Source: Eledone cirrhosa
Taxonomy: Eukaryota
DNA: 64,000 nt
Reading direction: 5' to 3'
Assembly (NCBI GenBank): GCA_964016885.1
Contig: OZ024746.1
Span: 44,082,001 to 44,146,000 of the forward strand
In this document: positions 12,916-25,706 of the stretch, one piece after another
How positions within the stretch are numbered: position 1 is the stretch's first letter
Layout: every line of letters begins with the position of its first letter
Notes under the pieces: model-generated
Databases searched by the model: none
Told to the model about the DNA's origin: nothing
What the model saw: only the letters and a program-made list of their open reading frames with translations
Translations under genes and position numbers: made by a program

Positions 12916-13418
12916 TTCAATATAAATGTACAAATGGAAGTTGGTATCTCAGAACTTTCCAAGAAGGCAGTTATTACAGAATTTTCAGCAGAAATTTGTT
13001 TATGGTTAGCTAGTTTTGCTGTAAAAGAGTCTCATCAATTGATCAACTAATTCAAGTAGATACCAATGAACATCCTTCAACTTATGGATCTCAGTAACTC
13101 CTTACTTAATGGGAATTGTTTGACAGAGTATAATTTGATAACAACCCTATGTATAAACCATGTACTCGATTAACAGAAAACCATTTTGAATTGAGATTTT
13201 ACTTGCACAAATCTTTCAAAAGTTTGAAAAATCAGTCTTCAACAAGATTCTCTAAATACATATATTTTTTTAATAAACTTGGCTTGGCTCTTTTTAAGAT
13301 ATACTATTGGGCCATTTTAGAAAGAGCAAATCATTATAAGAATGGTTCTTACCATAATTCAGTTCAATCATAATTGTGCTTGAGCAAAATGTTTTTCATT
13401 TTCTCTCAAGACAACTTT

Positions 13419-13899
13419 ATATTGAACACTTAAATCTTTGTAGAGTGGCATCAAAATATGTTTTCAATGTTGCTGCCAGTAAACAGATTATCTACTTTGC
13501 TGAGGATGGAAGTATGAGAAACAAGCATATCATGCTCGCTATCTGCACCTTTTTGAACATAATAGGAAATGGCTCCTAGCAATAATTCTTGGAGAGGACC
13601 TGCAGTGTGAATGTTCAATACCACTACAGGAGATAGAGAGTGCGTAACCAGATGAATTTTCCCAGCCTGGCCCCTAAGCTGTGGAGAACCCCCTCGTTGC
13701 TTTGCCTGTTCACAGTCCCAGAGATCAGGAGTGCATGTAGGGGCCTGAGACCCAGCCCAGCCACATATCTCTCAGAGTAGTATGATGTCCTCACAAATGT
13801 ATACAACTGCATGTTTCTAGAACATATTAGAACACTTTGTAGAGTGGCATCACAATATATTTTCAATGTTGCTACCACCAAACAGATTATCTACTTTGC
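13419..13899. repeat. Pair of ~77-bp direct repeats (13419-13500 and 13824-13899)
   Basis: ctttgtagagtggcatca.aatat.ttttcaatgttgct.cca..aaacagattatctactttgc occurs twice with few mismatches. Confidence 0.95.
13501..13823 (+). mobile_element. R2-like (RLE-type) non-LTR retrotransposon internal fragment upstream of RT
   Basis: Translates to HARYLHLFEHNRKWLLAIILGEDLQCECSIPLQEIESA and FTVPEIRSACRGLRPSPA, resembling R2-type YA..Q.LF..NRK.LA..ILDG...IP and P.T..EI......SAPGPDG. It is GC-richer than its flanks. Confidence 0.55.
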
Positions 13900-15499
13900 C
13901 GATCTACCCCAGTAAAAATTCACATGTGCTGAATTTTGAACTTTTTGAATGTTGATTGTTTATTGATCACTTATTTCTCTTTTGATTGACTGGAGTTTTG
14001 TCCATGACTGTCTAGAAATGACTGTTTCGAAAACCTTGGCAAGATACATACGTATTGTATCTGATTTTAATAACGGCCTTTGATATCTCTTAATATCCCA
14101 ACATAAGCTGTTGCAATCAATTGCTTCTTTCTACTATTTAAGCAAGCTTTATGTCTCCATACATACGTTTGAGCATTCTATAAAATGTCCATAGAAATTT
14201 GTGTGTGTCTGTGAGTTTGCTTTGCATCATGTATCCCTTATTTCTATTTATTTTGCTTCTAAAGTAAAATACAAATCTGTACACCCACAACCCATCTAAT
14301 TGATTATCCTTTCTCATTTCTATTCAAGCATTCTCTGAGAAAACATTGCATGTTTCACCCTTTTCTTTCCCTCTTCTGCTCTCTCTCAATCCTACTCATC
14401 TTGTCTCACTTTCTCTGTCTTTGCTACAAATACTTTATTTAGATTGGTAATATGAAACTCAAAGTAACGATTTGGGCAGCTTATGTTTATCCCAGACCAG
14501 CCATATAATCATCCCAATTATTGTTTAGGCCTTCTTAAAGACTACACTACATTATCTAATGAAAACTTTCCTTTTTGAGATAGCGAGGAGTAATTTAAGG
14601 GAGATTTGGCAGCAATTTCTAGCATATTTAACCAAACATGCAGAGATGCATTCATTAGCTTATGAATAATATACAGAATTGATGAAGACAATCAAAATAG
14701 GAAAATTTGAAAGACTTATGAACATTTTTAGGAGAGTATAAATGATACAAAGTAAATTTACTATACACAAAACTATCATATAAAAAAAATCATTGAAAAA
14801 AATGTTTACTAAAAATAAGCTAGCTATTATACATTTTAAACAGAGATTTAAAATAATGAAATGCATATCCTGTTACTAGTTTCAGTCACGGGACTGCATT
14901 CATACTGGGTGCTATACCCACTTAAAATAATTATCTATCTTTATACCAATTTATTTTTGCTATCAGATACTGCCATCAATACAATACTGATTATGTATAT
15001 GCTCAAAATTTTATCCTGCTAGCAGCATACCTTGTCTATGTTAATGCTACATTGCTTGGTTAACAGATGCTACCATGCTTATTCTCATCCACTATTGTGA
15101 ATTTATAGTGTATTAATATCTAATCTCACTTGAATACAGTGCATGTTTTATTTAGACAAATGCATTGGTGATCAATATTCCAGTCATTTTTTTACTCAAG
15201 TAATATTGAACAAAACAAAATACTGTTTTAGGTATCAATATAGTTACTGTTTTTTATTTAGTTTAGCCAAGTATAAAATATTTTAGTTAAAAGATTCCCA
15301 GCATTCGACTACAATCTGTTTTAAATTATCTATATTATTGCCTCGTTTAGATTAGATTCCTTATGGGAAACTCAATTGAAGCATGAGTATTTTTCTCCTT
15401 CCACTACATTGATATTTATCTCATGTGATATATATCTTAACTTCTCTCCTCACTATTGCTCTCTCCTCTGTATCTATACTCCGGTGCTAATGTTAGCAT

Positions 15500-15840
15500 A
15501 CTCTGTTACTTTTCTTCCATAAAATCTCTAGCATCTAATTGGGATGTTAGCTTACAAAGCTTCCTTTCATAAAGAACTGCTACAAATTCTCAAGAGGGCT
15601 GTAAAAGAATAAAATATTTATGAAAATAAAAATCCAGGAATTATTTATTTTTAGGAGATAGGAATATGCTATTAAACCATTACTCATGCATGGTATCCAG
15701 TTAAAGATATCACTATACGTACCTATGCTCTGTAAATTTATCAGCAATAACCTTTCCTGAAAAGTCAACATCTTCAATATATCTAAAACTTCACTGAATA
15801 ACAGATGTCCTTTCCTAAATCTAAAAATGTTTTAGCTTTA
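15500..15840 (-). mobile_element. Possible CR1/L2-group LINE RT remnant
   Basis: The reverse strand gives RFRKGH and ERLLLINLQSIGTYSDIFNWI, resembling GFRKG.S and RLL.KL..YGI.G..L.WI. Confidence 0.4.
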
Positions 15841-17491
15841 TCAGTTACTGATCATATATGTGTTGGTAAGGATTACTATTCTCCTATATCTGCAATAGCA
15901 AATGTATATTATATATTGAAATATTGCATCACCCCAAAAAATGCATCAATTTTATACCACAAAATTTAAATCCCTCTCACATGTCAGAAACTTTGCTATC
16001 TAAATATGATTTTACAAGAAAAATGGTATCTGTATTTAGTAACTACATCCTTCACTTTATGATTTTTCTCTATTCCTTATATATAAAGGCCTCACACCCA
16101 CCCTACTTACAGCAGTGCCTGAAAGGTACCTAAAAAAATGATGTGATGGTGTAAAGATAGTTTGGCGCTATAAATTCTGATCTTTCAACATATGAAATAT
16201 TAATGTTTAGAATTTTGATTTAGAATGATATAAAGTAGGGAAAATGACAGGGAAATTGGAAAAGTCAATTCATCAAGAAGTATAAATAAACAAGATTGGT
16301 TGAATTTGTTAGCATAAGCATGAGGATTATTTTATTTTACACTAGACTACCAATATATAATAGTAGGTTTTTCTTCAGAATTTTTCTCAAAGATGGAAAT
16401 ACAAAATTTACATTAGACTCAGTAACAAGCGTATGATAGAAATCATTCTCAGCAAAATAAATTAAGAATATTATATGCTATTTTGATGTTATTTTTTAAA
16501 TCTAAAATATGAAATCACATTTTATTTTATTTTTCAGTGATTTCACAAATTTTTTTTTTATACACACATAGCTCTACTTACAATCAGTAACTTTCCTATA
16601 TATGAAAAAATAAATATTTTTTTAGAGTATGTAGAAGGTAGTTTAACTGGTAAACCACTGATCAATCATGTATAGTTCCTCAAAGTTTTAGGAAAAGAGA
16701 GCAAAAATAGATAGCTATGATGTGATTATAGAAGGCAAAGTTTTATGAATGTTTGCTCATTATGTTTAAAAGGAAATCAGATACAAGTGAAGAAGAATAG
16801 TTATGTAATATTGAAAGAGGTAATATCTTGTTTAATAATAGGATCTATCACAACTTAATATATTGGTTCCATTTTACAATATAACTAAAATAAACTTGCT
16901 AGATCACATTTTGAATTATCTCAAATATGTATATATAGTACCTATACAAAATATTTCAATTCTGATTACATAATACATTTTATGAGTGATTATTATAGAA
17001 AGATGTTAAGCTAGTAAGATATGAATACACCAAATTTCTAAAATTACAATGTACAATATTTAGAGTCAGAGAAATTTGATAAAATATTAATCTGATAAAT
17101 TAGGTGGGGGAAGCCAACAAATGAGCTGCTGCAGTTAGCAAACAAAATAATAAATTATACAAAGTTTAGGAAAGCTTCATAATCCAGTGTAATCATCACA
17201 GTAATGGAAATATTTAAGAAAATATATTTAGTACCAGTTTCTCCATTTAAATAAGCAGGCTGAACAGAGAATCGAATGATGTATTCAAATGTACCAGAAC
17301 ACAAACATCATATATACTTGTATATAACCCATTCAAGCTGACTAAAAAGAAACTGACCCAGTGCACATTTTGTGTCACTGTATATACATTTTCTAACTGA
17401 TCAAGCTTAAATTTCAGGACATGGCAGATATGTCTGAGAAGACAACAAAATGCAAATGGGAGCTCCAGCACCAAATTTACTGTTAGAAACT

Positions 17492-17515
17492 GGGGGGGGG
17501 GGGGGGGGGGGGGGG
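17492..17515. repeat. (G)24 homopolymer
   Basis: Directly visible. Confidence 0.95.
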
Positions 17516-17529
17516 CTCATACAACAAGT

Positions 17530-18000
17530 CCAGAAGCAATATCCTGCATCCTTTGAAAACCAATATGAAAAACTGGATGAAGATGAAGAGGTTTGTGACC
17601 TATAGGACAGTGAAGAACCACAATATAATGTCTAAGGACCATCCTACTCACTCTGGCTGATCCAGGAAATTATTCTCATGGCCCGAGGATGTTGAACAGA
17701 ACCCAAAATAACTGTTTCACAGGAGAAGTCAAACCTTGGGTCCCTCCACAGAAAATTGCAGAAGAGATGTCAAAGTGGATCTTAAGAAGTACCCATAGAG
17801 AATACTGACAAAACAAGAGCTTAATGTAGCTGTGAAGACTAAACAAAAGGCTATGACTGATAAAATACTGGAGAAGATGGAAAACAACTCAAATTTTCTG
17901 AATTTGCTGTGGACATTTGATGAAGTGCACTTTCAATTAGAAGAGAGATCAACTGTAAGAACAATGTGTTCTGGGAGTTAAAGAGACCCACTGAAGTGTT
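17530..18000 (+). mobile_element. Tc1/mariner transposase fragment, DD41D (rosa/Visitor)-like
   Basis: Translates to DLKKYP*RILTKQEL and NFLNLLWTFDEVHFQL..., then NNVFW, resembling DL...PYKI...QEL and F...IWFSDEAHF.L.G.VN..N...W. Confidence 0.7.
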
Positions 18001-19229
18001 TGGAATACTTGTAATCATATCAGGGATAATCTGGACCTTAACAACATCTCACTAGCTATCTATCTTGTAAGACATGCAAAATTTATAAGTATGGTTCCTA
18101 TTTTTGAATTTAATTAAAATAAAATCCTAATTAATGACAAAATCTTTGGTTGTAATTTTCATCTTGCTGATTTATATATTTAAAACTATTATACGCATTA
18201 TTTATTGTAGATCTGGGAAATCATTACTGTATGTATCATGTGAAATACACATTTGGTTTAATCTAAATGAGATCGTTTTAAATTTAATATGACTTAATAT
18301 GCCAGTTTCCTTTAATAAATATTACTTTCTGTGATAGTTGTCTAAATATCTAATTTTATTGTCATAACTAATTACTTGATGAAGTATTCAAAAATTTGTT
18401 TAAGTTAGTATTCTCATGGCAATAACCTATTATATCTATATTTCCAGACGTTACATGAATGATTCCCACAATTTGTTAACAAATCTCAAGACTAAAGATA
18501 GTTAAATCTAATTCTTGGTGATCATTTATAGACTTTAACATACCAGATATAATTTAGATATTGGCAATTCATCTCTGTATTGATTGTGTGCAAATAAAGC
18601 ACTAAATGAATCAATTCAGACCCTGAAACAAAAAAATTCAAGCGAGTTGTCAATAAAGGTATTGTGAGGAGTGGAAAAAAATGATGTTTTGAGTTGTAAC
18701 ATTTCATAGCAGTGGAGAACCTTCGTGTTCTTGGTCCCTAAACACTTCTCTACTCTCTGCTACCATGACAGAGTGAGCCACAAACAGGAGTAAACCCTCT
18801 AAATTGGAATGACTATTTCAATGTGTCTCTTTCACTATGCATAGGGTTGATGCTATCTCCATTCTATCCACTAGGACAATGAGGTGGTTTGTGCCTAGGG
18901 TTCTGCAAGCCAGTAAGCATTCTTCGGGTCTATATCATTAAGATAGAAATGGCATACCTTTCATTGGAGTGTAGTATTCAAACTAGACCTGGAGAATTTC
19001 AAAAGGAATGAAGGACAAGTCATGGATGACAAAATAATCTGCCATGAATGAGAAATGTGGAAGGTGATGTGTAAGGGGATGGGAAGTCATCCCAGCAGTT
19101 GATTTTTTGGGGAGTAGCAAACTAACAAGGGGAAATAATATGGTTTATGTTGGATCATATAGATTTCTGAAGGAAAGAAGGAAAGATCGAGAAACATTAC
19201 ATCATGGAATCACACTTTAGAAGGAAAAT

Positions 19230-19530
19230 GTTAAGGAGAATGGAGTAGATGTATAGCAGAGTGGAATATAAGGTAGAAGGGAATGCAGTTGACAGGTAGG
19301 CATGTGTGGAGCAGAAGGGTGCTGATGCAGTTATTAAACTGCATTCAGTGATAATGCATGTCTTCAGCAAAATGTGGGTGCCTCTGAGAGAAGAAATGTA
19401 TTTGGAGGAATGTAATCACAAAGTCATAATCTTGACTACAAAGCTGATGTAGATGGAGGGATAGAGAGAAGACATCACAGATCTGTGTGTAAGATGGAAA
19501 GAAGAAAAATTGATGTATAAATGAGAGTTG
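19230..19530 (-). mobile_element. Penelope-like element RT thumb remnant
   Basis: The reverse strand gives YINFSSFH, LHLHQLCSQDYDF and FFSQRHP (cf. YL...SSHP, LRLRRLCS...DF, FF..RGYP). Confidence 0.5.
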
Positions 19531-20079
19531 ATTAGTTGGTATAAAAAGAGAAATAGAGATTTTCCTCTGAACTGAGAAGCTTATGATGTATACTGCCTTA
19601 ACAAAAGCCTAATCATTAAATATAACATATTGGATTTAGAGAAAAATTAGAATTTTGTTAGGTTTTAAAGATCTATTCCAATTAAGATGAGCTGGTTGGT
19701 TTAGGGTTTCTAATAGAGGAATACATCTGTTATGAACTTAGCTGGTGATTTGTAACAGGATATAATATAAAACCAATGGAATAAAAACCACAAATCAAAT
19801 GTAATTTGTTAATTAAACTTTAGTGTCTTCATAAATATTTAAAAATTGATTTTTAAAGCTATATCAAAAGCACCATAAAAAACTGTATTGTGTAGTGAAA
19901 GTTGAATGAGTACTTACTGTAAACTGCTAGTATGTATTCATATATATATACACAAATATTTAGGCAAATATGTCTCAATAAACATAAAAAAGAGAGAAAG
20001 GAAGAACTTAAGACTTAAAAGATAAAACACTAAAATAGGCATCTAGGCAAAACAAAAGCATGTTTCTAAGGTCTGTATA

Positions 20080-20896
20080 TGAGGTGAATTGGAAAAGTAA
20101 CAAGACTAAGTGTGCTGTGTGAGCTATGAGTTGAGTAAGGCTTAGTGGGTTGTGTCACTGTGTGACGTAATATCCAAAACGTATTAACTGTGCTCTCAGC
20201 TTTCTGCAACCATTGTTTATCATGTGCTATTGTTAACAGCTTAATCTTTGGCTGTTGAGTGATGGACACAGAGCAACAAACAAGTTTGAAGTTTCTGGTT
20301 TTGGTGGGGAAACCTCCATTAGAAACACTCGGAATACTGCAGAAAGTATATAGAGATGAGACAATATTATGTTCATGGGTTTTTGAGTGGCAATAAAGGT
20401 TCAACGACAACTCCAAGAGTGGAAAGTCTTCAACGAGAAGGGCTGAAGCCAATGTTGAGCATGAGGGGCAGGTGGTGTATGGTGATCATTGGCTGACTGT
20501 TCAACTGATCACAAGTGAGCTGGACATGAACCACGCGACAGGATTTGGAAAATTATTATGGAAGATTTGGGCATGTGGAAGATATGCGCGAAGATATGCC
20601 AGAAGGAGTGGCATATGCAGATGTGTCAGGACATCCTTGAGCATCTTGAAACCAAACCAGACTTGCTGGGGAGAGTCATGGATCTTCAAGTACAACCTGG
20701 AGACCACCAGAGCCATCAAGAAGGTCATGATGATAGCTCTGGAGAATCTTTCCAGGCGTGCATAGAGGCATGATGGAGAAGGAGAGGAAAATGCATTGGA
20801 CTTGAGGGGATTATTTCGAAAGGGAAAACTTGTAGTTTGTAGTTGAATTTTTTTTTTTTTGTAACCCCAATCCTCTTTCTTTTCTGACAAACCTCA
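20080..20896 (+). mobile_element. Internally deleted mariner (DD34D-type) with both TIRs
   Basis: TA on both flanks. TIRs are tgaggtgaattggaaaagtaac and (reverse complement) tgaggtttgtcagaaaagaaag. Transposase remnants: MDTEQQTSLKFLVLVGKPPLETLGILQKVYRDET..VFEW, DLGMWKICAK, ESWIFKYNLET, KCIGLEGDYFE. Confidence 0.9.
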
Positions 20897-23069
20897 TATA
20901 GATTATATAGTTAAACAAAAGTGAATTTTGTGTTCATTTATTGTGAATGAAATAGATGAAAATAGTAACACTATCTCACTGAGTAATACTATCTCCCAGT
21001 AACACTATCACCCAGTCGCTGATGTATTTTGTATATAAATGAAATTCCGCAAATGCTTCAATATGCAAAACCAGACTAAATATGCTAATATAAAAAAAAT
21101 AACATAAACATAAACATATCATTAAACTACTATATTCACCATTTTTTAAAGCTTGTCTTTTATACTCTGAATTATTTGAAGTAGTTCCCTCATCTTGGTT
21201 TTTATAGGCATAATATCTGTCATGTTTGGTAATATTCAGTAATGGGAACAATCTACCACAGTGGCTTAAATAATAGTTTGGTTTGAAATTTCGAGTACAT
21301 TACCAAATACATTAGACATGTGAAGAAGACCAGAGAGTACAGCAATTAAAATTTAACAATAACAGCCAAGATGAGGATTCTAGTCCAAATAAGTCAGTGT
21401 ATAATCATGAAAATTCCTCACCAGAAATTCAGACAAAACTTTTTTTAGTTATATAGTAAAGGACATGGCTCAGAAAATAATATTTTACTCATGTCACAGT
21501 TGATATTTTCTTTTCAATTACAACATTTGATTTTAAGCTAAACAGCAATATAGCAATAAGTTAATTATTCAGTTGCTGATATCTTAGCTCCAAGAAATGA
21601 AACAGATAGTAAAACAGAAATGAGCAAAAATAAATTAACAGAATTTTAACTACTAACAAGAAATTTTTAGAGATCTAATTATAGTTTAAGAAATGTTGAT
21701 AATTCACACTGACGAAAGTCAATTAAATAAAAATTTCATTTATTTTTACATTATTTTTTTGTTTGTAGTTTAAATTGTAATTTCAGTTTCATTTTACCTT
21801 CTGTCTCTTTTCAATTTATTTATTCATTTATATTTTACTAATGATACTTTGCAACAATGTAAAACTGGCAAAGTCTTGGCAAGGTCTAGACACAGCACTT
21901 AGGAAAAAGCATTTCTATTAGTTATGCTGTTGAAATCTAATGGCTTATAAAATGCAAAATTGTGTCTGTAGGCACCAATGAAATAGAAGCTTTTATAAGT
22001 AGGAAAGAGTTTTGGAAAATGTAAGTGAAAAAATATATCGATAGTTCTCAGTGAAAATAAAAATTAGAAAAACAACATTGTACATGAGAGGAAAATTATC
22101 ATGATTCCTGACATGAAATCAGTTTTATTTTTGGTGCAAACAAATATCATTTACCAATAGAGTGAAAGTAAAATAGTGTTAACTTAAAGATTAATATCAT
22201 GAAGTCATTTTTTATTTTTTAATAATGAAAAAAAAAAAAATCTACATTGCTTAAGGAAGTAGTCAATAGAAGGAAAATAAGACTCTGAAGAGGCTTTTGT
22301 AGTGCTAAGTTTCTATACTGTTGCTTTATATACAAAGAGATACAGAGGATTCAATGATAGAAATAAGAAAGATTGAAAGGAAATGAAAGTTTATACAAAA
22401 ATATCCAGAACGTTAGAAGTGAAGTTTTTTAATTATTACAAGACACATTGCAATGGCAGATAAAACTGTGCATGAAGTGAAGTACCCAAGTGACAATAAA
22501 CAGTTTCATACGAAAATAATATTAAAAGTTGCTGCTGGATAAAATTACTGAAATGAAGTAAGAAGAAACGTTTATCATCATCATCATCATTCAACATCCA
22601 TTTTTCAGGCTAGCATAGGTTAGATGAGTTATCTACAGCTGGATGCCGGTCCTAACACCAACCACATTTACAAGGTGGACTGGACACTTTTTATCATGGC
22701 ACCAAAACGTCATATATATCTACTTTTCCTTACTGGAATAATTGGGTTGAAACATTTTTGATACAGTATTCTATAACCAGATGCTCTTCCTGATGCCAAA
22801 CTGCTTACTTTTTAGTAGGGTACTGACCTTTGAATGTGGGCATATTTATAGAGGGCATATACAAACATAACTGGAAGCACATGTTGAGCCAAATGCAAAT
22901 AAATATATGGAGACATATACAAACATGTAGGCACATACACACATGACAGGCTTCAGTACCATTTCCTACCGAATCCGCTCACAAGACAATTTTCCAATGA
23001 CTAAAGTAGAAGAGACAGAATGACTAGATAGGAAAAACTCAACCATAAACCAAATTTCAAATAACTGAA

Positions 23070-23478
23070 TGCAGATAGTATGTAGTTAGAACGAAATGAA
23101 GCTAACATGCTTTGCTCAGTGTGAAATATTAGTCTGCAGGAACGATGAAGCACAGATGAGTTGCAGGAAAAACTGGACATAAAGGGAATTAAATGCAGTT
23201 GTAAGAGAGAAGATTGGACTGGTACAGATATGAAAGGTGTATGGATGATGATTGTTGAGTGAAGAAGTTTTAGGAGCTCCAGATGAAAGGTGGCAGCAGA
23301 AGAATAAAAGAATATGTCCAAGACAAAATCCGGACAGAAGTGATGAGAGCTAGACCTCACAGAACAGATGACAAAAGAGAATGATAAGTGGAGGAAATCT
23401 GTACTGGAAGAAACTCAATTAACCCATGCCAACATAGGTTAATTGGTATACAAATGATGGTAATGATGATAATGATGA
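23070..23478 (+). mobile_element. RTE LINE 3' fragment with (GAT)n tail, inserted into an older minus-strand tRNA-SINE (22945-23530)
   Basis: Has an ERNEANML motif and the cccatgccaacatagg..gatgat tail. The flanks agtagaagagac | tgcccatggt..gaacctgagtc join into the SINE body. Confidence 0.7.
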
Positions 23479-23650
23479 ATGGTATGCCCATGGTCTTAGT
23501 ACCAGAGAATGAACCTGAGTCATGACATTGAACAACTTAAACAGGATCAAACCTATTACAAAGGAAACTTCATGGGATGTACTTGGTTTACATTGCATAT
23601 AACACCAAAGAGATAAGAAGGAATTTGTAGTTGGCTTGAAACATTGTATA

Positions 23651-23783
23651 TGGTATAAAGAATTCGAAGATTCAAAGCCGCGACAATGCAGATTGGATGG
23701 AAAATAATCTAGTCATAAAGTATTGATAGTTTCCTGTCCAATCTGCATTGCCATGGCTTTCAAACTTCGAATTCTTCATACCA
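23651..23783. repeat. Long inverted repeat (59-bp arms, 15-nt loop)
   Basis: Left arm tggtataaagaattcgaagattcaaagccgcgacaatgcagattggatggaaaataatc versus reverse complement of right arm tggtatgaagaattcgaagtttgaaagccatggcaatgcagattggacaggaaactatc. Confidence 0.95.
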
Positions 23784-25706
23784 GATGTTAAGATATTCAT
23801 GACATAACAAAACATGCCATTGCTATGAATACTCTGAATACAATATATTTCAAATATGTCATTGATATATGTTAATATGATTGTATTCCTGTTGTGTGAT
23901 TGCAAGTGATTAAGTAAATTTAATGTAGTTATTTGTTCAATAAAGAGGTTGATATAGTTTGTTGATTGAGAATCACATGTGAACATGATAATATTTGGAT
24001 AACCTCTGTATCATGCTCATAAGACTACTCTTGTTAGATCAACAGAGAAAGAATATCCATTTTTTTAACCCAGAGAGAAATTAGTAAGATTACAAATTTT
24101 ACATTGTAGGTAAACCAAAACAGAACCAAAATGGTCAGTCTTAATTCCTTCATAGCACATTATTCAGCATTTTGGAGGATAAATTGAAATGTAAGGTATA
24201 TCTTGTAATAAAAACAGTTTTTGCCAGTTAAAAGTAAATGATGTAGTTACCCCTTAGCAAGGTCATTCCCATTTTTCTACATTTAGAGACATGAAACTCT
24301 AATGTTACCACTTTCTTTAGCAAGGTTAAGGTTGTTTTTTTTAAAGCATCTTACATTGCAAGCAAATTTAATTATCAATACATTTTCAGTATCCAAAGTC
24401 AAATGAGACATTTTCATACAACAAATATATGATTTGTATCTAATTTGTATGTAATTACAGTCATAGGTAAACTATACGATCCAAAGTATGAACACAATGA
24501 AACAAAAAAAGATGCTATAGATTTATTACTATAGATTTGAAGAATGCAACAGCAGGCACATCAGTAATTAATGTCAAATTTGAGTCCTCAGCTGTGTCTA
24601 AGGAAACTGGGCTGCCTCATTCTATTTATATCAGCATATGGTAATTATTTTGCAACATTCATATAGAATCGCTATTTTGATAAACACGTCTTAATTGGAT
24701 TAAGACAAAACAAGAAATAGTAGAAATTCAATTCATAATTCAAGTTTATAATATTTCCTATAGTTTCTAAATGGTTAGAATAAATGTAGATTTTTATTTC
24801 TACTTTAATGATATCTAATGTCCTATCTCCTGATAGTAAGCAAAGATATGATATTTTTCATCTGGAGACCAATCTTATTCACCTTTCTTTAATATTGTTG
24901 TATCATATATAATTTGATAGCATTCAATTTCAATATGTACCATGTGTCATAATTTATAAAGCCTAAGTAATACAGACAGCATCATTTCAATTGTAAAAAT
25001 TATATGTTAAAAACACTCAAACATTTACAGAAAATAAGATATGAAATATAAGTATCATAAACATTGGTTCCTAAAAGCAATTGGAAATAAAAACATGAAA
25101 TGCTATTAGCTTTAACATTTACATTTGGTGTGATACCTGCTAGAGAATGAATAAGGTTAGTTGATTCAAGAAAAAAAAAAATTATTTCTATGCATTTATC
25201 ATATCAATATATCTGCTTGTTTCTGTGTATTAACTCCTCCATTATTGGGCACAGAAAACTGTTGGATTGCAACTAAAAGGATTTTGTTACTATCTATTTC
25301 CATCATGAATATTTATATGAATTTGCAAAAAAAAGTGACAGAATAAATTCTCTGAAATGTAAAACTGTATTATTACTAGATAAAATCATAATGATTTTGA
25401 ATACAAGATGAACAAAGAAATTTGATTTGTTTGTATAAAAAATTAATCTACTGAAGTAGATGTATATTCTTTACAATTTTGAATTGAGTATTGCTATTTC
25501 ATTGCTAAATAATCTTGAAACTTTTCAAGAAACAGGGAAATAATAGAGTTTCATTCACAGATAGTTGACTACACAGACAAACATGTGTATATGAGTTTGT
25601 GTATGTATTATATATATATAATAGTAATAATAATAATCTGTTATTTTAATAAATATATATATATAAACATTCACACACATGTACACATATATATACATAT
25701 ATATAT

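Larger units (their letters stand above)
11650..13900 (+). mobile_element. Penelope-like retroelement (Naiad-like RT + C-terminal GIY-YIG), decayed and interrupted
   Basis: Motifs occur in order: FYVSMGAFDVA (cf. FDVTMGSFDGA), NVLDVPLDL (NFLDVTL), PNEKLYIN, WFNPI|FNINVQ (WFNPPFS), RIFSRNLFMVS*FC (KIFNRNT.K.SYSC), LNGNCLTE, LTENHFELRFYLHKSF..STRFSKYI...WAILERA..YKNGS, LCLSK, CYHQTDYLL. Confidence 0.85.

Noticed and set aside
12990-13400. Selenocysteine recoding in the Naiad-like PLE
   Set aside because: The stops I could place near conserved residues are TAG/TAA, not TGA at Cys, and I could not identify a SECIS. This copy is too decayed to support the claim.
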